The notes beneath the pieces were generated by a model that worked only from the letters and a program-made list of their open reading frames with translations, was not told the origin of the DNA and made no database searches. A stretch of DNA of 64,000 bases, taken from positions 14,570,001 through 14,634,000 of the forward strand of contig OZ024748.1 of the NCBI GenBank assembly GCA_964016885.1, in the 5' to 3' direction. The stretch comes from Eledone cirrhosa (taxonomy: Eukaryota). Made by a program: the position numbers and the translations under genes. Position 1 is the first letter of the stretch. Every line of letters begins with the position of its first letter. Below are positions 25,684 to 40,216 of this stretch, piece after piece.

Positions 25684-25781
25684 GAAGAAGAAGAAGAAGA
25701 AGAAGAAGAAGAAGAAGAAGAAGAAGAAGAAGAAGAAGAAGAAGAAGAAGAAGAAGAAGAAGAAGAAGGAGGAGGAGGAGG
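25684..25781. repeat. (GAA)n/(GGA)n microsatellite
   Basis: Direct reading. Confidence 0.97.
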
Positions 25782-25989
25782 ATGCTGGCAGAAAGAAAGT
25801 ATAATTTTCCCAAAAGAGCAATGATCCATGAAGCAGATTCTAACAAGAGGAACCTTTTGAAGTAGTTGCATAATAATAATAATAATAATAGTAATGATCA
25901 TGATTATGATGATGATATTATTAATATATTATTATTTTTATTAGTAGTAAAGGTGGTAGTAGTGGCATTATTATTATTATTATTATTAT

Positions 25990-26037
<48 letters not shown>

Positions 26038-26360
26038 CAGCAGCAGCAGCAGCAGCTAACAGTTAAACTATAATGGTGGTAATGAAGTGAAGAGTTAAAC
26101 TATAAACAATGAAATAAAAACTGTGAAATAATTAATGTTCCATCAACAACAATTGAGAGAACAACAACAATAGCAACTATTATTATTATATGAGGCTGAC
26201 AGGGCATGACACTTAGAGTCTCCTCACTTTTGAGGAATTTTATTTTAAACCAAAAACAACCCACACTGTTTCATTCTGTACTGTCTTTAATGTGTCCTTA
26301 GTGTGAACCCTGTGTGGCTAATAAATAAATCATCTTCATTATTATTGTTATTATTTATAG

Positions 26361-26551
26361 GGCGGTGGATTGGCAGTATCGGTAGAGGGTCGGACGCCAT
26401 GCTTTCCAGCATAGTTACGTCCTTTTACGATCTGAGTTCAAATCCCGCCGAGGTTGACTTTGCCTTTCATCCTTACGGGGTCGATAAAATAAAGTACCAG
26501 TAATGCACTGGGTAATTGCTGGCCATGTGCCTAACGTAGAAACAATTATTA

Positions 26552-26585
<34 letters not shown>

Positions 26586-27000
26586 GTACGATGGATTGGC
26601 AGTATTGGTAGAGCGTAGGACACCATGCATTGCATCAGAGTTATGGCCTTTTACGTTCAGAGTTCAAATCCAGCCAAGGTTAACTTTGCCTTTCATCCTT
26701 ACAGGGTTGATAAAATAAAGTACCAGCAACACACTGGGATAATTGTTGACCTTGTGCCAAAAGTAGAAACAATTATTTTTAAAAGCAGTGGATTGGCAGT
26801 ATCGGCAGAGCATTGGACACCATGCTTTGTAGTATAGAGTTATGTCCCTTTATGGTCTGAGTTCAAATTGCATCAAGGTTAGCTTTCTCTTTCATCCTTA
26901 GGGGGTTGATAAAATAAAGTACCAGTAATGCACTGAGATTGATTTAATCGACTTTCCCCTCCCTTCAAATCGCTGGCCTTGTGCTTAAAGTGGAAACAAT
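26361..27000 (+). mobile_element. Three head-to-tail tRNA-derived Meta-domain SINEs
   Basis: Each has gagttcaaat (B box), tttcatcctta.g.ggt.gataaaataaagtaccag and an (att)n tail. Other copies at ~4143-4278, 6650-6835, 8838-8976, 23526-23705, 28740-28945, 30843-31030, 36977-37325, 43523-43730, 44130-44223, 46555-46733 and 55860-56045. Confidence 0.85.
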
Positions 27001-27335
27001 AATTCCTAATATATGATCATCACCGTTTTACATTCATTTTTCCATGCTAGCATGGGTTAGATGAGTTGTCCTGTTGCAATCAATGCCAGGTAGGTGACCA
27101 TATCTTGCTCCTACAGAACTGATTTTGGCTTCGTTTCTACAGCTGGATGCCGTTCTTAACACCAACCACATTTACAGTGAGTACTGGGGTTTTTTTGTCA
27201 TGACACCTACATGACCCCTTTACAGTGTGAGCTTGGAGGCTTCACTAGCTGTATGTTTCAGCTTGTCTTCATGTGAGATGTGTGAGTGGGGTGTGTGTGT
27301 GTGGGGGGTGGTGGGTGCATACTATATAAATACAT

Positions 27336-27372
<37 letters not shown>

Positions 27373-29751
27373 CATTATTTATGTCCATACATGGAACAAA
27401 GGTGCTAACTAACATTTCAAGGCCCAATATTGACTATATCTCCAGAATTTAAGAGGATCAAAGTTGTGACCTAATCTTCAGGCATTTATATGAGTTTATA
27501 AGATGCCATTATGTGTAATGCATGCTAAACTATATATAATTATATATATATGTGTGTGTATATGTTCATGTCTATGTCTAAGTTTATGTTTGTGTTTGTA
27601 TTGGTTTTGTCCTTTAACTTACTGGTTTGACTAAAAGAAATCAATAAAATAAATGCCAGGCCTCAAAAAATAAGTACTGAGGTTGATATGATTGACAATA
27701 AGATGCCCCAGTAGGGCCACATTCTAATGACTGAAGCCAGTAGAAGAGTAAAAGAGTATCAGAATTCAGGAAATATTGGAAAAATGTTTGTTAGCTTCTG
27801 TAATTATGTAGATATATCATTTGGGAAGACTGGGAAGACTGCATCTTTCATCATTATTAACAAGTTTACATTCTAAAGAATTAGCTGTGAGTTTTGTGTT
27901 GTTTATATTTTATATATTTTTGTTGTTGTTATTGTTGTATGCTTTACATTTATTTATCTTTGTTAACATATGTGAGGTAGTTGTAGGAACAAATGTTTTT
28001 GTTACAGTTGGCTGCCCTTAATACTACCAACACCACTCAACTGTAAAATAGGAGTGGATGAAACATGTTTCATCAGTCATGTAAACAAGATGAGTTATGA
28101 GACTTGCTCAAGGTACCAGAACAATGAGTCTAATTGTAAGGTTATTAGTTTGACATCTTCATTTCCCACTCATTGCACATCTCCTTCATCATAACAGTTA
28201 TTAATGAAGAATAATTACTAACATCCATACAATAGTGCACATGTTCTTAGGTAGTGAAGCTGTTTTAGTGTTGTGAGGTAGAAAGGCAATCTTACTAGTG
28301 CTAGTGTCATGATAAAATTCTCACAGTACACTCTGCAAAATTGTTGTTGCAAGAAAGGAAAAAATGTGGAATAAAAAAAGGCCTTTTTTCTGGCTGAACA
28401 CTGACAAATTCTTTAGTGTTAAAGGCAAATCTACTAGTGCGAGTGTCATGATAAAATGCACCCAGCACATGCTATGAAGTTATTGTTGCAAGAAAGGAAA
28501 AATGTAAGGTAAAAAGAGCCCTTTGTCTGGCTGGCTGAACACAATGACAACCTTGCAAGTGCTAATGACATTGTATAATACCTTCAGTACTCTGTAAGTT
28601 GGGGGGGGGGGTATATTAGTACATTTTAGATTTACATTACATAAGCCCATACAGTATATATTTTGCTATACTGGTTTCTGATTTAGGCACAAGGCCAACA
28701 ATAACGTTCTTATGACTGCCAATTCACCACCTATAATGGGTTCTTATATAGGCACAAGGCCAGCAATTCTTTTTTTGGGGGGAAGTCGATTAAATTGACC
28801 CCGGAGCATGACTGGTACTTTATTTTATCGACCCCGTAAGGATGAAAGGCAAAGTTAACCTCGGCGGAATTTGCACTCAGATCATAAAGGGCCGTAACTC
28901 TATGCTGCAAAACATGGCGTCCAACCCTCTACCAATACTGCCTATAATAAACAATTTTAGTCTTGCTGTGAGTACTTAACATTTTCTTAAAAGTAATTCT
29001 AATGAAATACTCAGTATTAATTATTTCATTACTAACAGAGTAACTTAACATTCAGTTTTATATAAGACTATGTTGGAAGATTTTAATTTATATAGGAACA
29101 CATTAAAATAGGTGATTGTTTCATAGAACCAGAACCAATTATAGTCATATAGGTATAAAAATGTTAAGCTTTTGAAGGGTGAGACTAAATCATGCCATAT
29201 GGTATCAGATTGTGATAACCCATCCAACCCATATAAACATAGAAATTAGACACAGAAGAGTGATGAAATCCATTCATACAATGTCAAATTTTTTTAAGGT
29301 AGTGAATGAATATTATTTAGTGTTTGAAGGTATAACTTTTGTTATTATATTTCAGAACCTTAGAAGAAAATGAAATAAAATAAAATCTGAAATTTTATTA
29401 GTGCCTAATATGACTTAAATTAATTTTTATTGAATGATAATCCCAAATTGAAAAACTTCTTCCTGATATATCTGAGATGGCTTAAAGAATATGTCTAATA
29501 GCAAATTTCCATATCCAGCACTATACAAAAAGTAAAGATAGGATTAAAACTCACACACCTCTCTCTCTCTATATATATATATTATGTGTGTGAGTGTTCA
29601 CACAAACACACATACATATTTTCAACTTCTTGAATTCTAAGTTTATCTCAATAAAAAAGTAAAAGCATGTGTGTGTATGTATGCATATATATATATTTAT
29701 TTCTCCGTCGTCGTCGTCATCGTCATCGTCGTCGTCGTCGTCGCCACCACC

Positions 29752-29782
<31 letters not shown>

Positions 29783-30030
29783 CCATCACCATCATCATCA
29801 TCGTTTAACGCCCGTGTTCCACGCTTGCATGGGTTTGGATGGGGGTTTTCCCACTTGAGGCAAGAGTGATTGTCTTGCTCGCATAGGATTGTCTGGCGGG
29901 TTTTCTACAGCTGGATGCCCTTCCTAACACCAATATATATATATATATATATATATAATGTGTATGTGTGCACATGCACAATGTGTCTGAATATATATAT
30001 CATATATATATGTGTGTGTGAGTGTTTATG

Positions 30031-30077
<47 letters not shown>

Positions 30078-33000
30078 TTAAATACTCTAATGATTATTTT
30101 TGGATGTGTGAAGAAAGAAAATCTATAGTTTATCATGAAATATCAAAAGAATATAAATATATATTTTTTTATTTTCTCCAACTAAAGTCTGAATGCAGGT
30201 TTTTAGATTTTATTTGACCCTTAAGCAATTGAAAACAACAAGAGGAGATGACAATAATAATAATGATTAATAATAATAATGATAATAATAATGATGATAG
30301 CAGGAGTAGTAATAGTAGTAATGGTAGTAGTGATAATAATTGGCCTTACAGCTATAGAAATAGTTGCCTTCATTATTAATATTCTTTCTATTTTATTGTA
30401 GAGATTGCTCCAGGCTTATTGGCTGCACCTATTTTAGCAAACAGCTTGTTTTACATGTACACACACACGCCATACACACACACAGAATAAAATACTACTA
30501 CTATTACTACTAACAATAATAATAATAATGATTTTTTTTATTTCAGCAGTGTAAGAACTCTTTCTATTACAATTATTGATTCTATTCTAGTTGAAGGGAT
30601 GAAGAATATAAAAATCTAATTCTATGAATGAATGAATGGCACTAGAAATAGTTGGTATTCAAGTATTCCAGTATTCTGTCATTCTTCTAGAAAACGGTCA
30701 TTTTTATTGTTTTGATATTGATGTAATGTTTATTATTTGCAGCCCCCTCCAATTGGGGAAATGTATCCTAGTTTATATTTGTAATTGGTTTGTACCATTG
30801 TCATTAGTATTTATTGCAATCATTGTTATTATTAGACCTACTATTGGCAGTATCGGTAGAGTCTTTGCAGCATAGAGTTACGGTCTGAGTTCAAATCCCG
30901 CCGAGGTTAACTTTGCCTTTCATCCTTACGGGGTCAATAAAATAAAGCACCAGTAATATACTGGGGTCGATTTAATCGACTTTCCCCTCCCCCCAAATTA
31001 TTGGCCTTGTGCCTATACTATAAACCATTATTATACCTATTGTTTCCCTTTGTTGATTTTTGCCATTCCCCTTATTTGATGTAAACTACACCCTATGTTT
31101 TTTCTGTCCTTCTATTGTCCCCATAAAAATCAGCAAAAATTGGCAAAGTTATTAAGACCTCGGAATAAATGCATACATATTTGTTTTGATGTACTGTGCT
31201 CTGGGTTAAAATCCTGCTGAAGTCAATTTTGACTTTTATTATTTAAAGGTTGTTAAATAGAGTACTGGTCCATTACTAAGGTTGATTCATCCTCTCTCCC
31301 TCCTTCCTTCCCTATCTCTCTCTCTCTCGTTCCCTACCTATCCATGGAGGAAAAAATATCAACTGCATTGAGTGGAACACCCTACAATTCCACCAGGAGT
31401 TTAAAAACCTTGTTCTTTCCTTTGATTGACCCCCAATGTTTTAGGTCCTTGTGGCTCCCACTGTTTTGGGTCCTTTGTGGCCCCCAATGTTTTGAGTCCT
31501 TGTGGCTCCCATGTTTTGGGTACTTATGGCCTCCAATGTTTGTGGCCCATATGGGAAATAAAGAAAACAATTATCTCATGCTAGATGTTCATGGCTTGGA
31601 ATGAAACATATTGTGATGTAAACTTATGTTTTTGGGGTTACATTCCTGATACATTTGAAAAACAAATGAAAGGAATATTTTCCTTTGCCTTTCCTTTGGA
31701 CAACATGATATATAGAGTATAAATAGTGTATATATATTGCAGTGGCGAAGGGTAGCCTGGAAATCAGGGCATGCAGTCCAATCGCCATGGCGGAAAGTGG
31801 AGCTGTGCAGCCTTACCCCACCCCCCAATTCCCTCTAAATGACCCTCCTAGTCAAAGCCGCATGTAGTGTTATCTAGTGTGTGTGTGTTATCTTTTTATG
31901 TGTCTACGATTTAGTAAGCAGTCAAAATTCTGCTTGCCCCAAAGCTGTTGTGTGTTTGTGTGTGTGTGTTTTTTTTTGTGTCTATACGTTTTAGTAAGCA
32001 GCCAAAATTCTACTTGCTTCAACCAATGCAATTGATCAACTCAAGATTCTATAAGGCATGCACTGCATGCGTTGCATGCACGGACCTTCGCCCAAAATAA
32101 ACATATATGTGAGTGTGAAATACGGTAAGCAATTAATTGAACGATCATATAGGTGGGATATAGTATTATCTTACGGTTTATTAGGAAAAATAAAGTTAGC
32201 TAGCTACACTATCCAAACTCTCCCACATCAGTGGTATAGCAGCTGCTGGGATATATATTTCTGTATATATATATATATATATATACACACACAAATGTGT
32301 ATATATATACTTTAAGAAATGACAAGACAAGCATCATCATCATCACCGTTTTACGTCCGTTCTTCCACGCTAACATGGGTTAGACGGGTTGTCCTGTTGT
32401 GGGCAGTGTCCAGTCGGCTGACCTTGTCTTGCTCATATAGGAACTGATTTGGCTTGATTTCTACAGCTGGATGCCCTTCCTAACACCAACCTCATTTACA
32501 GTGAGTGCTGGGTGCTTTTTCGTGGCGCCTACACGTCCACTTTACAGTGTGGGCTGGGTGCTTTTTTTGCCGTGGCACCTTCACGACCACCTTGCGGTGG
32601 GGTGTGTGGGGGCATATTGTCTATATGCTTCAGCTTGTACTCATGGGAGGTCGGGTACTCTGTATTACTGCATGACGCCAGAGGTCACGGTCGTGTGTCA
32701 TTGCCTTGAAGCATGTAGTTGCCAAAACACAAAGTCTTATTGGCTTCACACTTAGGAAGAATTAGAAGAGGCTTTGATGTTTTGGATAGAAGTCCTTCTT
32801 TAGAAAATGGACAGTTTGGAGAGAGAGAGAAAGGGTTGGAACATCAGAAGTTTATATATAGATAATCTTGTCATTACCACTGTGGAAGAGAAAAACCATG
32901 AAAGACATGGGCAGAGATGGTGGAAGCTGACTTCAAGACACTTCACCTCACAAATAGTATGACACAGGAAAGAAACAACTGGAGAGATGCTGTAATGGAA

Positions 33001-33379
33001 AGGATTTGTCTAACACATGCAAGCCTTGGTAAACGTATCTTCAACAGTGATGGCAATGATGTGATAGTGATGATGATGATGATAAGTGAAACAAAATTAA
33101 CATGAGATTATGGAGGTCGTTTTGTGAGAAGACTTAAATATCACAAACTAGAGGGGTAGTAAACGAAAACAATATATATATATATATACATGTATATATA
33201 TATACATACATATATATACACATACATACATATATATATATATACACATACACATACATACATGTGTATATATATACATACATATATATATATATATACA
33301 TACATGTGTATATACATATATATATATATATACATACATACAAGTATATATATATATATACATACATACATATATATAT

Positions 33380-33452
<73 letters not shown>

Positions 33453-33761
33453 TATATATATATATATACACACATACATACATGTATATATATATATATA
33501 TACATACATACAAGTATATATATATATATATATATACATACATACAAGTATATATATATATATATATATACATACATACAAGTATATATATACATACATA
33601 CATATATATATATATATACATACAAGTATATCTATATATAATCAGGCTTAGATAGCGTAAATATAAAGTAAATGTGAGACTGTGTCAACAACCTTCACAT
33701 ATTTAGATTCAAAAGACTGCCGACCTGTAAATAAATAAAAGAGATGATTTGTTGGAATCAT

Positions 33762-33814
<53 letters not shown>

Positions 33815-34604
33815 TTACATGCACACAGACACACGCAATCTCCCCTGATGTGAACAGCTTTATAACAGCTACTGCGATAATGTAGACCAGTTGAGATTTT
33901 TCAAGTATGTGCATCTGTATATATGTATGTGTGTGAGTATCATCATCATTATCATCATCATCATTTAATGTCTCGTTTCCCTGCTAGCAAAGCCTGGATG
34001 GATCCATATGGTTCATGTCAGTACTGAAGGAAGGCTACTGACCTCCCAGAAAGTCCAAGAGGTCATACGGTCATACATGCTTTCAAGTGCAGAGGAACAG
34101 TTGTTGTGACATTTGACACAAACTAAAAGGTCCTCCTAACATCATGGTTGGCAAGCTTTCTATGGTTAGATGCCCTTCTCAACATCAACAACTTTACAGC
34201 ATGTGGCCAGGACTTCATCATCACAGCATAGCTCCAGCACTCTTAATCTTTTGTTATCTGAGCAGTGAGGCTTAGTTTCTTAAGGTCACTCTTCCCATCT
34301 ATATATGTAGTCATATGACTTACTAGTTAGTGTGTTCAGTTACCAATCATAAGGATGTTAGTCTGATTCAGATCGGAGGATTTTGACCCTGAGTAAGATG
34401 TTTTAATTCACGTTGCTCCTGTCAATTCAACTGACAAATATGTCTTGTCCCACATTGACCAAGTTTTGCTGAATCGGAAGGACCAATATGAACATTGTTT
34501 TCTTTCATCTGATTTTAAAAGCCCTGCCCACAATCAGTAACCAAATGGAGTCTGAGATATTGTCAATCAATTTTCTATTTGAACAGAATTCCTTCATTTA
34601 TAGA

Positions 34605-34939
34605 GGCACATGGCTTAGTGGTTAGAGCATTGGCCTTGCAATCGAAAGGTTGTGAGTTAAATTCTCAGACTGGGTGATGTGTTGTTTCCTTGAGCAAGAC
34701 ACTTTATTTCACATTGCTCCAGTTTACTCAGCTGCAGAAATGAGATGATAGGGACTGGGGTCCCTATCATTCCATTGCAAAGTGGTCGTGGAGGTGCCAC
34801 GGCAAAAAAGCACCCAGCACTCACTGTAAATGAGGTTGGTGTTAGGAAGGGCATCCAGCTGTACAAAACAAGCCAGAATCTGTTCCCATCCCACCCTTGC
34901 AAGCAGAGAAAAGCGGACGTAAAATGAAATGATGATGAT
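34605..34939 (+). mobile_element. Full-length tRNA-derived CORE-SINE with RTE-derived body and tail
   Basis: A box tggcttagtgg, B-box-like gagttaaattc, CORE ccttgagcaagacacttta, ggaagggcatccagctgta motif, RTE-like 3' end and (gat)n. Other copies at ~18165-18434, 27015-27260, 32332-32710, 35185-35563 and 50220-50507. Confidence 0.85.
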
Positions 34940-35649
34940 CCCCCATTAATCATCATTACATTAAGTACTGTCAATTGTTCCATCTGCCTTTTCAGCATCT
35001 GTTCTCTCCACATTGCATTGGGGTGTCTTCAGTTTCTCTTTCTATGTATCATAATCCCCAGATAGATTTTAGAAAGACTACAAGGTAGGTTTGGCACCAG
35101 GAAGGGCATCAAACCATAAGATACTGCCAACAAATATCCAACACATGCCAACTTGCAAATATTGACGTGAAACTAATGAAGATATCATGATCATCACTGT
35201 TTTACGTCCATTCTTCCACGCTAGCATGGGTTAGACGGGTTGAACTGTTGTGGGCAGAGTCCGGTCGGCTGACCTTGTCTTGCTCATACGGGAACTGATT
35301 CTGTCTTGATTTCTACAGCTGGATGCTCTTCCTAACACCAACCTCATTTACAGTGAGTGCTGGGTGCTTTTTTTCCGTGGTGCCTCCACAACCTCTTTAC
35401 AGTGTGGTCTGGGTGCATTTTTGCCGTGGCACCTACACGACCACTTTGCATTTGCAGTGGAATGATAGGGATCCCAGTCCTATCATCTCATTTCTACAGC
35501 TGAGTAAATTGGGGCAATGTGAAATAAAGTGTCTTGCTCAAGGAAACAACACATCACCCGGTCATATATATAACTATATATGGATACATGTAATATATAT
35601 GTGTATGAGATGTAATTGAATATATACATATGCATATGCATACACATAG

Positions 35650-35712
<63 letters not shown>

Positions 35713-35889
35713 TATATATTTACATATATATATACACATATATATATGTGCGTATGTGCGTGTGTGTGTGTGTATAAGCATGGAATATAAATGATAAACT
35801 ATGATGGTGATATTTATTAAATGTGTGTATGTTTATATAATTATGTGTGTGCTAATATCAAAATATTTGCAGTACAAGGAATTAATACA

Positions 35890-35944
<55 letters not shown>

Positions 35945-38329
35945 GCACATACATATATACATGTATATATATATATATATATGTATATATAAAATGTATA
36001 TACAAATAACATATGCAAGAAAGCTGTGACAGGCATAGCTTATAGCAATTATTCTCTGGAGAACTATATTATTATTTTAAGTTAATTGACTATGATTTTC
36101 AGCAAATCAAGGTGTTAATAGACTTGCCTAGTATTAACCATTGCTCCCCAAAGTATTCCACACAAATTTAAATCCAATTTGAAGGAAATATTTCTCCCCA
36201 TTTTAATGTATGAGGAAATCACATTAAAACTCCCCCATTAAACCCCTCATTAAACAAACCTTAAGCCGATCTGTTCATTAACTCTAGCTGACCAACACTA
36301 TCGGCTTACGGCACATTATCGATTTCATCAACAAACACTAATGATCAAGTTATGGAGACCAAATGTCCCTACTACTACTACTACTACTACTACTACCTAA
36401 TAATAATAACAACAACAATAATAATAATATTAATGAGAATATACTTTATATAGTCCTACATTGCATATATATATATGAAACTACTATATGAGCGAGGTAT
36501 GGTCACCCGACCCAACTTGCCTCTAATTGCCTGGAATATAAACGTTAATCGACGATGATGATGACAATGATGATATATAAATACATGGTGTTGGCCATCT
36601 TTGTTTACAGTTGCTTGAGTGATACCAACGCATGTATCTGTGTGAATGCACAATCTAGCATACATGCAGGGTTTCAAACTGGAGTTAGCAACATTTATAT
36701 GTTGAAGACCATAATATATAAATATACATATATATATATATAGTGATTAGAATCTCTCACTAATATATATATATTAATGCCTTCCTTACGATTGTGATAA
36801 TGACAATACACACACACATACATACACACACATAGACAAATGTACCAGTGAACATAAAAGATTACCTACAAAACAGTTATTTATCAAGTCTTCAAGATGT
36901 AAATATTTTTATTTTTCTGCACCTGAAATTCTCATTTTATTTATTTATGTATTTGTTCTGAACAAATGTTATACTATTGGCAGTATTGGTAGAGCATCAG
37001 ACATGGCATAGAGTTATGGCCTTTTAATTTCTGAGATCAAATCCTGCCTAGATTAGCTTTGCCTTTCATCCTTACGGGGGGTCGATAAAATAAAGTACCA
37101 GTAAGTACTGGAGTCGATTTAATCGACTTTTCCCTTCCCCACAAATTGCTGGCCTTGTGCTTAAATCAGAAACCATAGTGGGTTCAAATCCCACCGAGGT
37201 TAACTTTGCCTTTCATCCTTATGGGGGGCCAATAAAATAAAGCACCAGTCACATACTGGGGTCGATTTAATTGACTCTCCCCTCCCAAAAATTGCTGGCC
37301 TTGTGCCTATATCAGAAACTATTATTATTGTTATTTTTACTATTATTTTATGAATATGATTATTTGTAAGGTCATTATTTCCTTGTAGGATGCCACTAAT
37401 TAGTATTGCCAGCAATGTCGATTTGGTTTTTCTTTGAAGTTTGTAGATTATGTTCATATTTTCAAATTAGGAACCCCAACACTCACCCAACCAACCCACC
37501 CCCCAAAAAAACACCCCCACCCAGATAGAATTCTGATGACATATGTACTAATTTAATGTTTCTGTTTAATCAGATATAATTAGAAATACAACAAAAACTT
37601 CAACAAAAACTTTCAAAAGTATCTTAGAAGTTTGGACAGGGCATGGTAGTGTAGGGTAGGGGGGGGTAATAAACAGTATCAATTAATGTTATATTAATTA
37701 GAGAATTTTTTTTCTTTGAATATACAAGTCTACTATTTTCTGAGAGATATTTCAAAACTAATAAATATTCCTTTAAGACTGAAGAATAACACAAGTATGA
37801 TTCAAGAGAAAACAACTCATGTTTCCAGTTCCCTAATGAAGCTTATTTTTTTAAAAGAAAATTCCTTTTGATACCAAGCTGCCTGAAGCTGCCCCCAATT
37901 CTATGTTGCTAAGCAAAGTGCCTGATGCTCTACTTATACTACTAATCTACTGCCCTAAACACCAACTTAATAATAAGAAAGTTAGCAATATTATATTACT
38001 AAATCCTTTCAAACTGTGACTTATTTTCAAAATTATTTCAACATTGTAGGCAGTGTCTTTCATTAAAAATATGGCAATTAAAGGGTTAAAATTGCTTAGG
38101 GAAGAGATTGGTGGGAGAGATGGACTGAGGTATCCCAAAATTGGAGACTTGGCTCAAATGCTCACAGCAGAGTGGACTCTGCTAAAAGCATCCAAGAGCC
38201 AGGTGGCAGTGTTAAACCAAGTGATGATGGATTAACTCTATCAACCAAGTATGTGGAGTAAATTTCTAAATGTGAAACATCTAGCTTGTGTGAACAAGTA
38301 TCCTCCAAATGTGTATCCTCCACTATCAG

Positions 38330-38650
38330 CTAACTTACCCTTTGCCACTGGGCCCCAACTGAAAAAATAGAGAAGGCATTGCCTCGGAGGACAGCAAGAG
38401 AAATGTGCTGGTATAGCCACTCTCCCTCATGGCGCTCACATCTGCGGGTGGCCAACTTCGCTACAATAACAGTGGGTAGGAATGTGGTCCAGGGGCCAAG
38501 AACGCTGGAAGTCCCCACTGCTACAGGTTCTACCACAAACCTATTTGAAAGTGGCTGATGCTTGGACAGTTTGCCCTCTTTGACTTGGCAGGCAGCAAAA
38601 CCTGGGCTGGTAGCAGAATGCATCAGGTTGCCACTTGGGTAGGTGTCACA
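38330..38650 (-). mobile_element. CRE-clade non-LTR retrotransposon 3' fragment
   Basis: SATSPGFAACQVKEGKLSKHQPL...EPVAVGTSSVLG...WLYQHISLAVLRGNAFSI. Confidence 0.75.
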
Positions 38651-40216
38651 TGTGTGTCTGTATTTATGCCATGTGAATTAATAGCTCAATAAAACAGGGA
38701 TCAATAAAATAAATACCAAATTTGAATTTAAAAAAAAAATAAGTGCTGGTTTTGATATGATCAAGTAAATATATTTAAAACATTGCCCCAGTATGGCCAC
38801 AGTCTAATGACTGGAGCCAGTAAAAGAGTTTACATTTGCATAATTTTACAAAAATATCACACACTACAGTTCATATTTCATCTACAATATATTCTGGATG
38901 TGAAATATGTGTGAATTGTTGCTATAATTATTATCACCATAAAGGCTAATTTCCTTCATGTTAAGTATATATAGCTTTGAGAATACTCCAGTGTATCGCA
39001 GTAGGTTCCAATCTAAGTGGTAATATATATAAAATAGTAAAAATTTTAAATGTAAATGAGACTTCCTGCAATAAATGTGTTAAGAGAACAGAGTGGTGGA
39101 AAACATACAAGTACATTAGTACTATATTCTAGAAAACTCAAAATGTAGATTTGACACACAACTAATTCTTTGTATGAATTATTCAATTTCAATACATTAA
39201 TGTAATTTAATGAACAGTTGTCAGATGATTCTATGAAGTAGGAAGAATTTATTAATAAAGTGTCTCGAGATAAATTTGAAATTTACTGGCCAAAATATGG
39301 TGGCAAAGTGCTAGAGTTATTAGAATATCAAATAGAATGCTTTGCAGTATTTGATTTGGTTCTCTGTACTCTGTGTTCAAATCCCATCAAGATTAATTTT
39401 GCCTTTCATCCTTTTCATGTCGACAATAAAATACCAGTCCAGTACTGGTGTCAATTCTTCCTCTCCCTCTCTATTAAGTTCTTTGGAAGTAATCAGCTGT
39501 GTTCTGTCCTGGATAAGGATGGTCTCCATCAGATTTATATGCTCTAGATGTTTATATGCTTAATTAATTATTTATAAATGGTATGCTTATTGGACTCCGT
39601 CGAGATTTAGTGCTTAATAGACAGGCATTGATTGAAATACAAAGGGAAGGGAGAGAATTCCAACCATGAAATATTTGTAAGAAGATGTGAAGGCAAGTAG
39701 GAGAAATTTTTATGTAATCACTTGACTTGCTAGAAATTGCAGCCAAATCCTCCTCAAATCACACTATATATTAAAAATGGACATGGTGGTGTATGTGGTT
39801 CTAGATATATTATGTTTGAAAATAAAACCTATGATCAGAATTGTAATGTGTTTAACCATAGGTCTAAAGATAGGTCTCAATTGGTATGAAACAATAACAT
39901 TGTACACTTGTTAAATATACTTCAAAAGAACTATTTTTCCTGTATCTGTTTAACAGAAAAGGAAAGGTGTCAAACCTCAGATTGTACCAAAGAAACAATG
40001 TTTCCATTAGGCTTTCCATTACTGATACTATCTGCTAGTTATGTCTTCTGGCAGACAAAGTAACGTGAATTAAAGCATTTTGCTAAAAAATCCAACACAC
40101 CATCCAGTTCAGAAATGAAAACCACAACTCCATAGCCATTAATAATGAAGTCAGATAAAAAAAAAACATTAAAAAACAAATAAACACAAAAGAAATGCCA
40201 AATATTTTTTACTTAC

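Larger units (their letters stand above)
3958..40216 (-). other. Predicted ~36.3 kb GT-AG intron of the THSD7-like gene
   Basis: Donor and acceptor phases are compatible and the TSR sequence is continuous across the join. No intervening TSR exon was seen. Confidence 0.8.

Noticed and set aside
31740-32094. Possible hAT-like element (cagtggcgaagg ... ccttcgccc)
   Set aside because: Only an 8-bp terminal match and no TSD seen.
33836-33900. Possible decayed hammerhead (ctgatgt...gata)
   Set aside because: Both core boxes are mutated; too degenerate to call.
34605-34680. tRNA-like sequences with A/B boxes (also ~11468, 48757, 59310)
   Set aside because: SINE heads running into the CORE domain; no complete cloverleaf.
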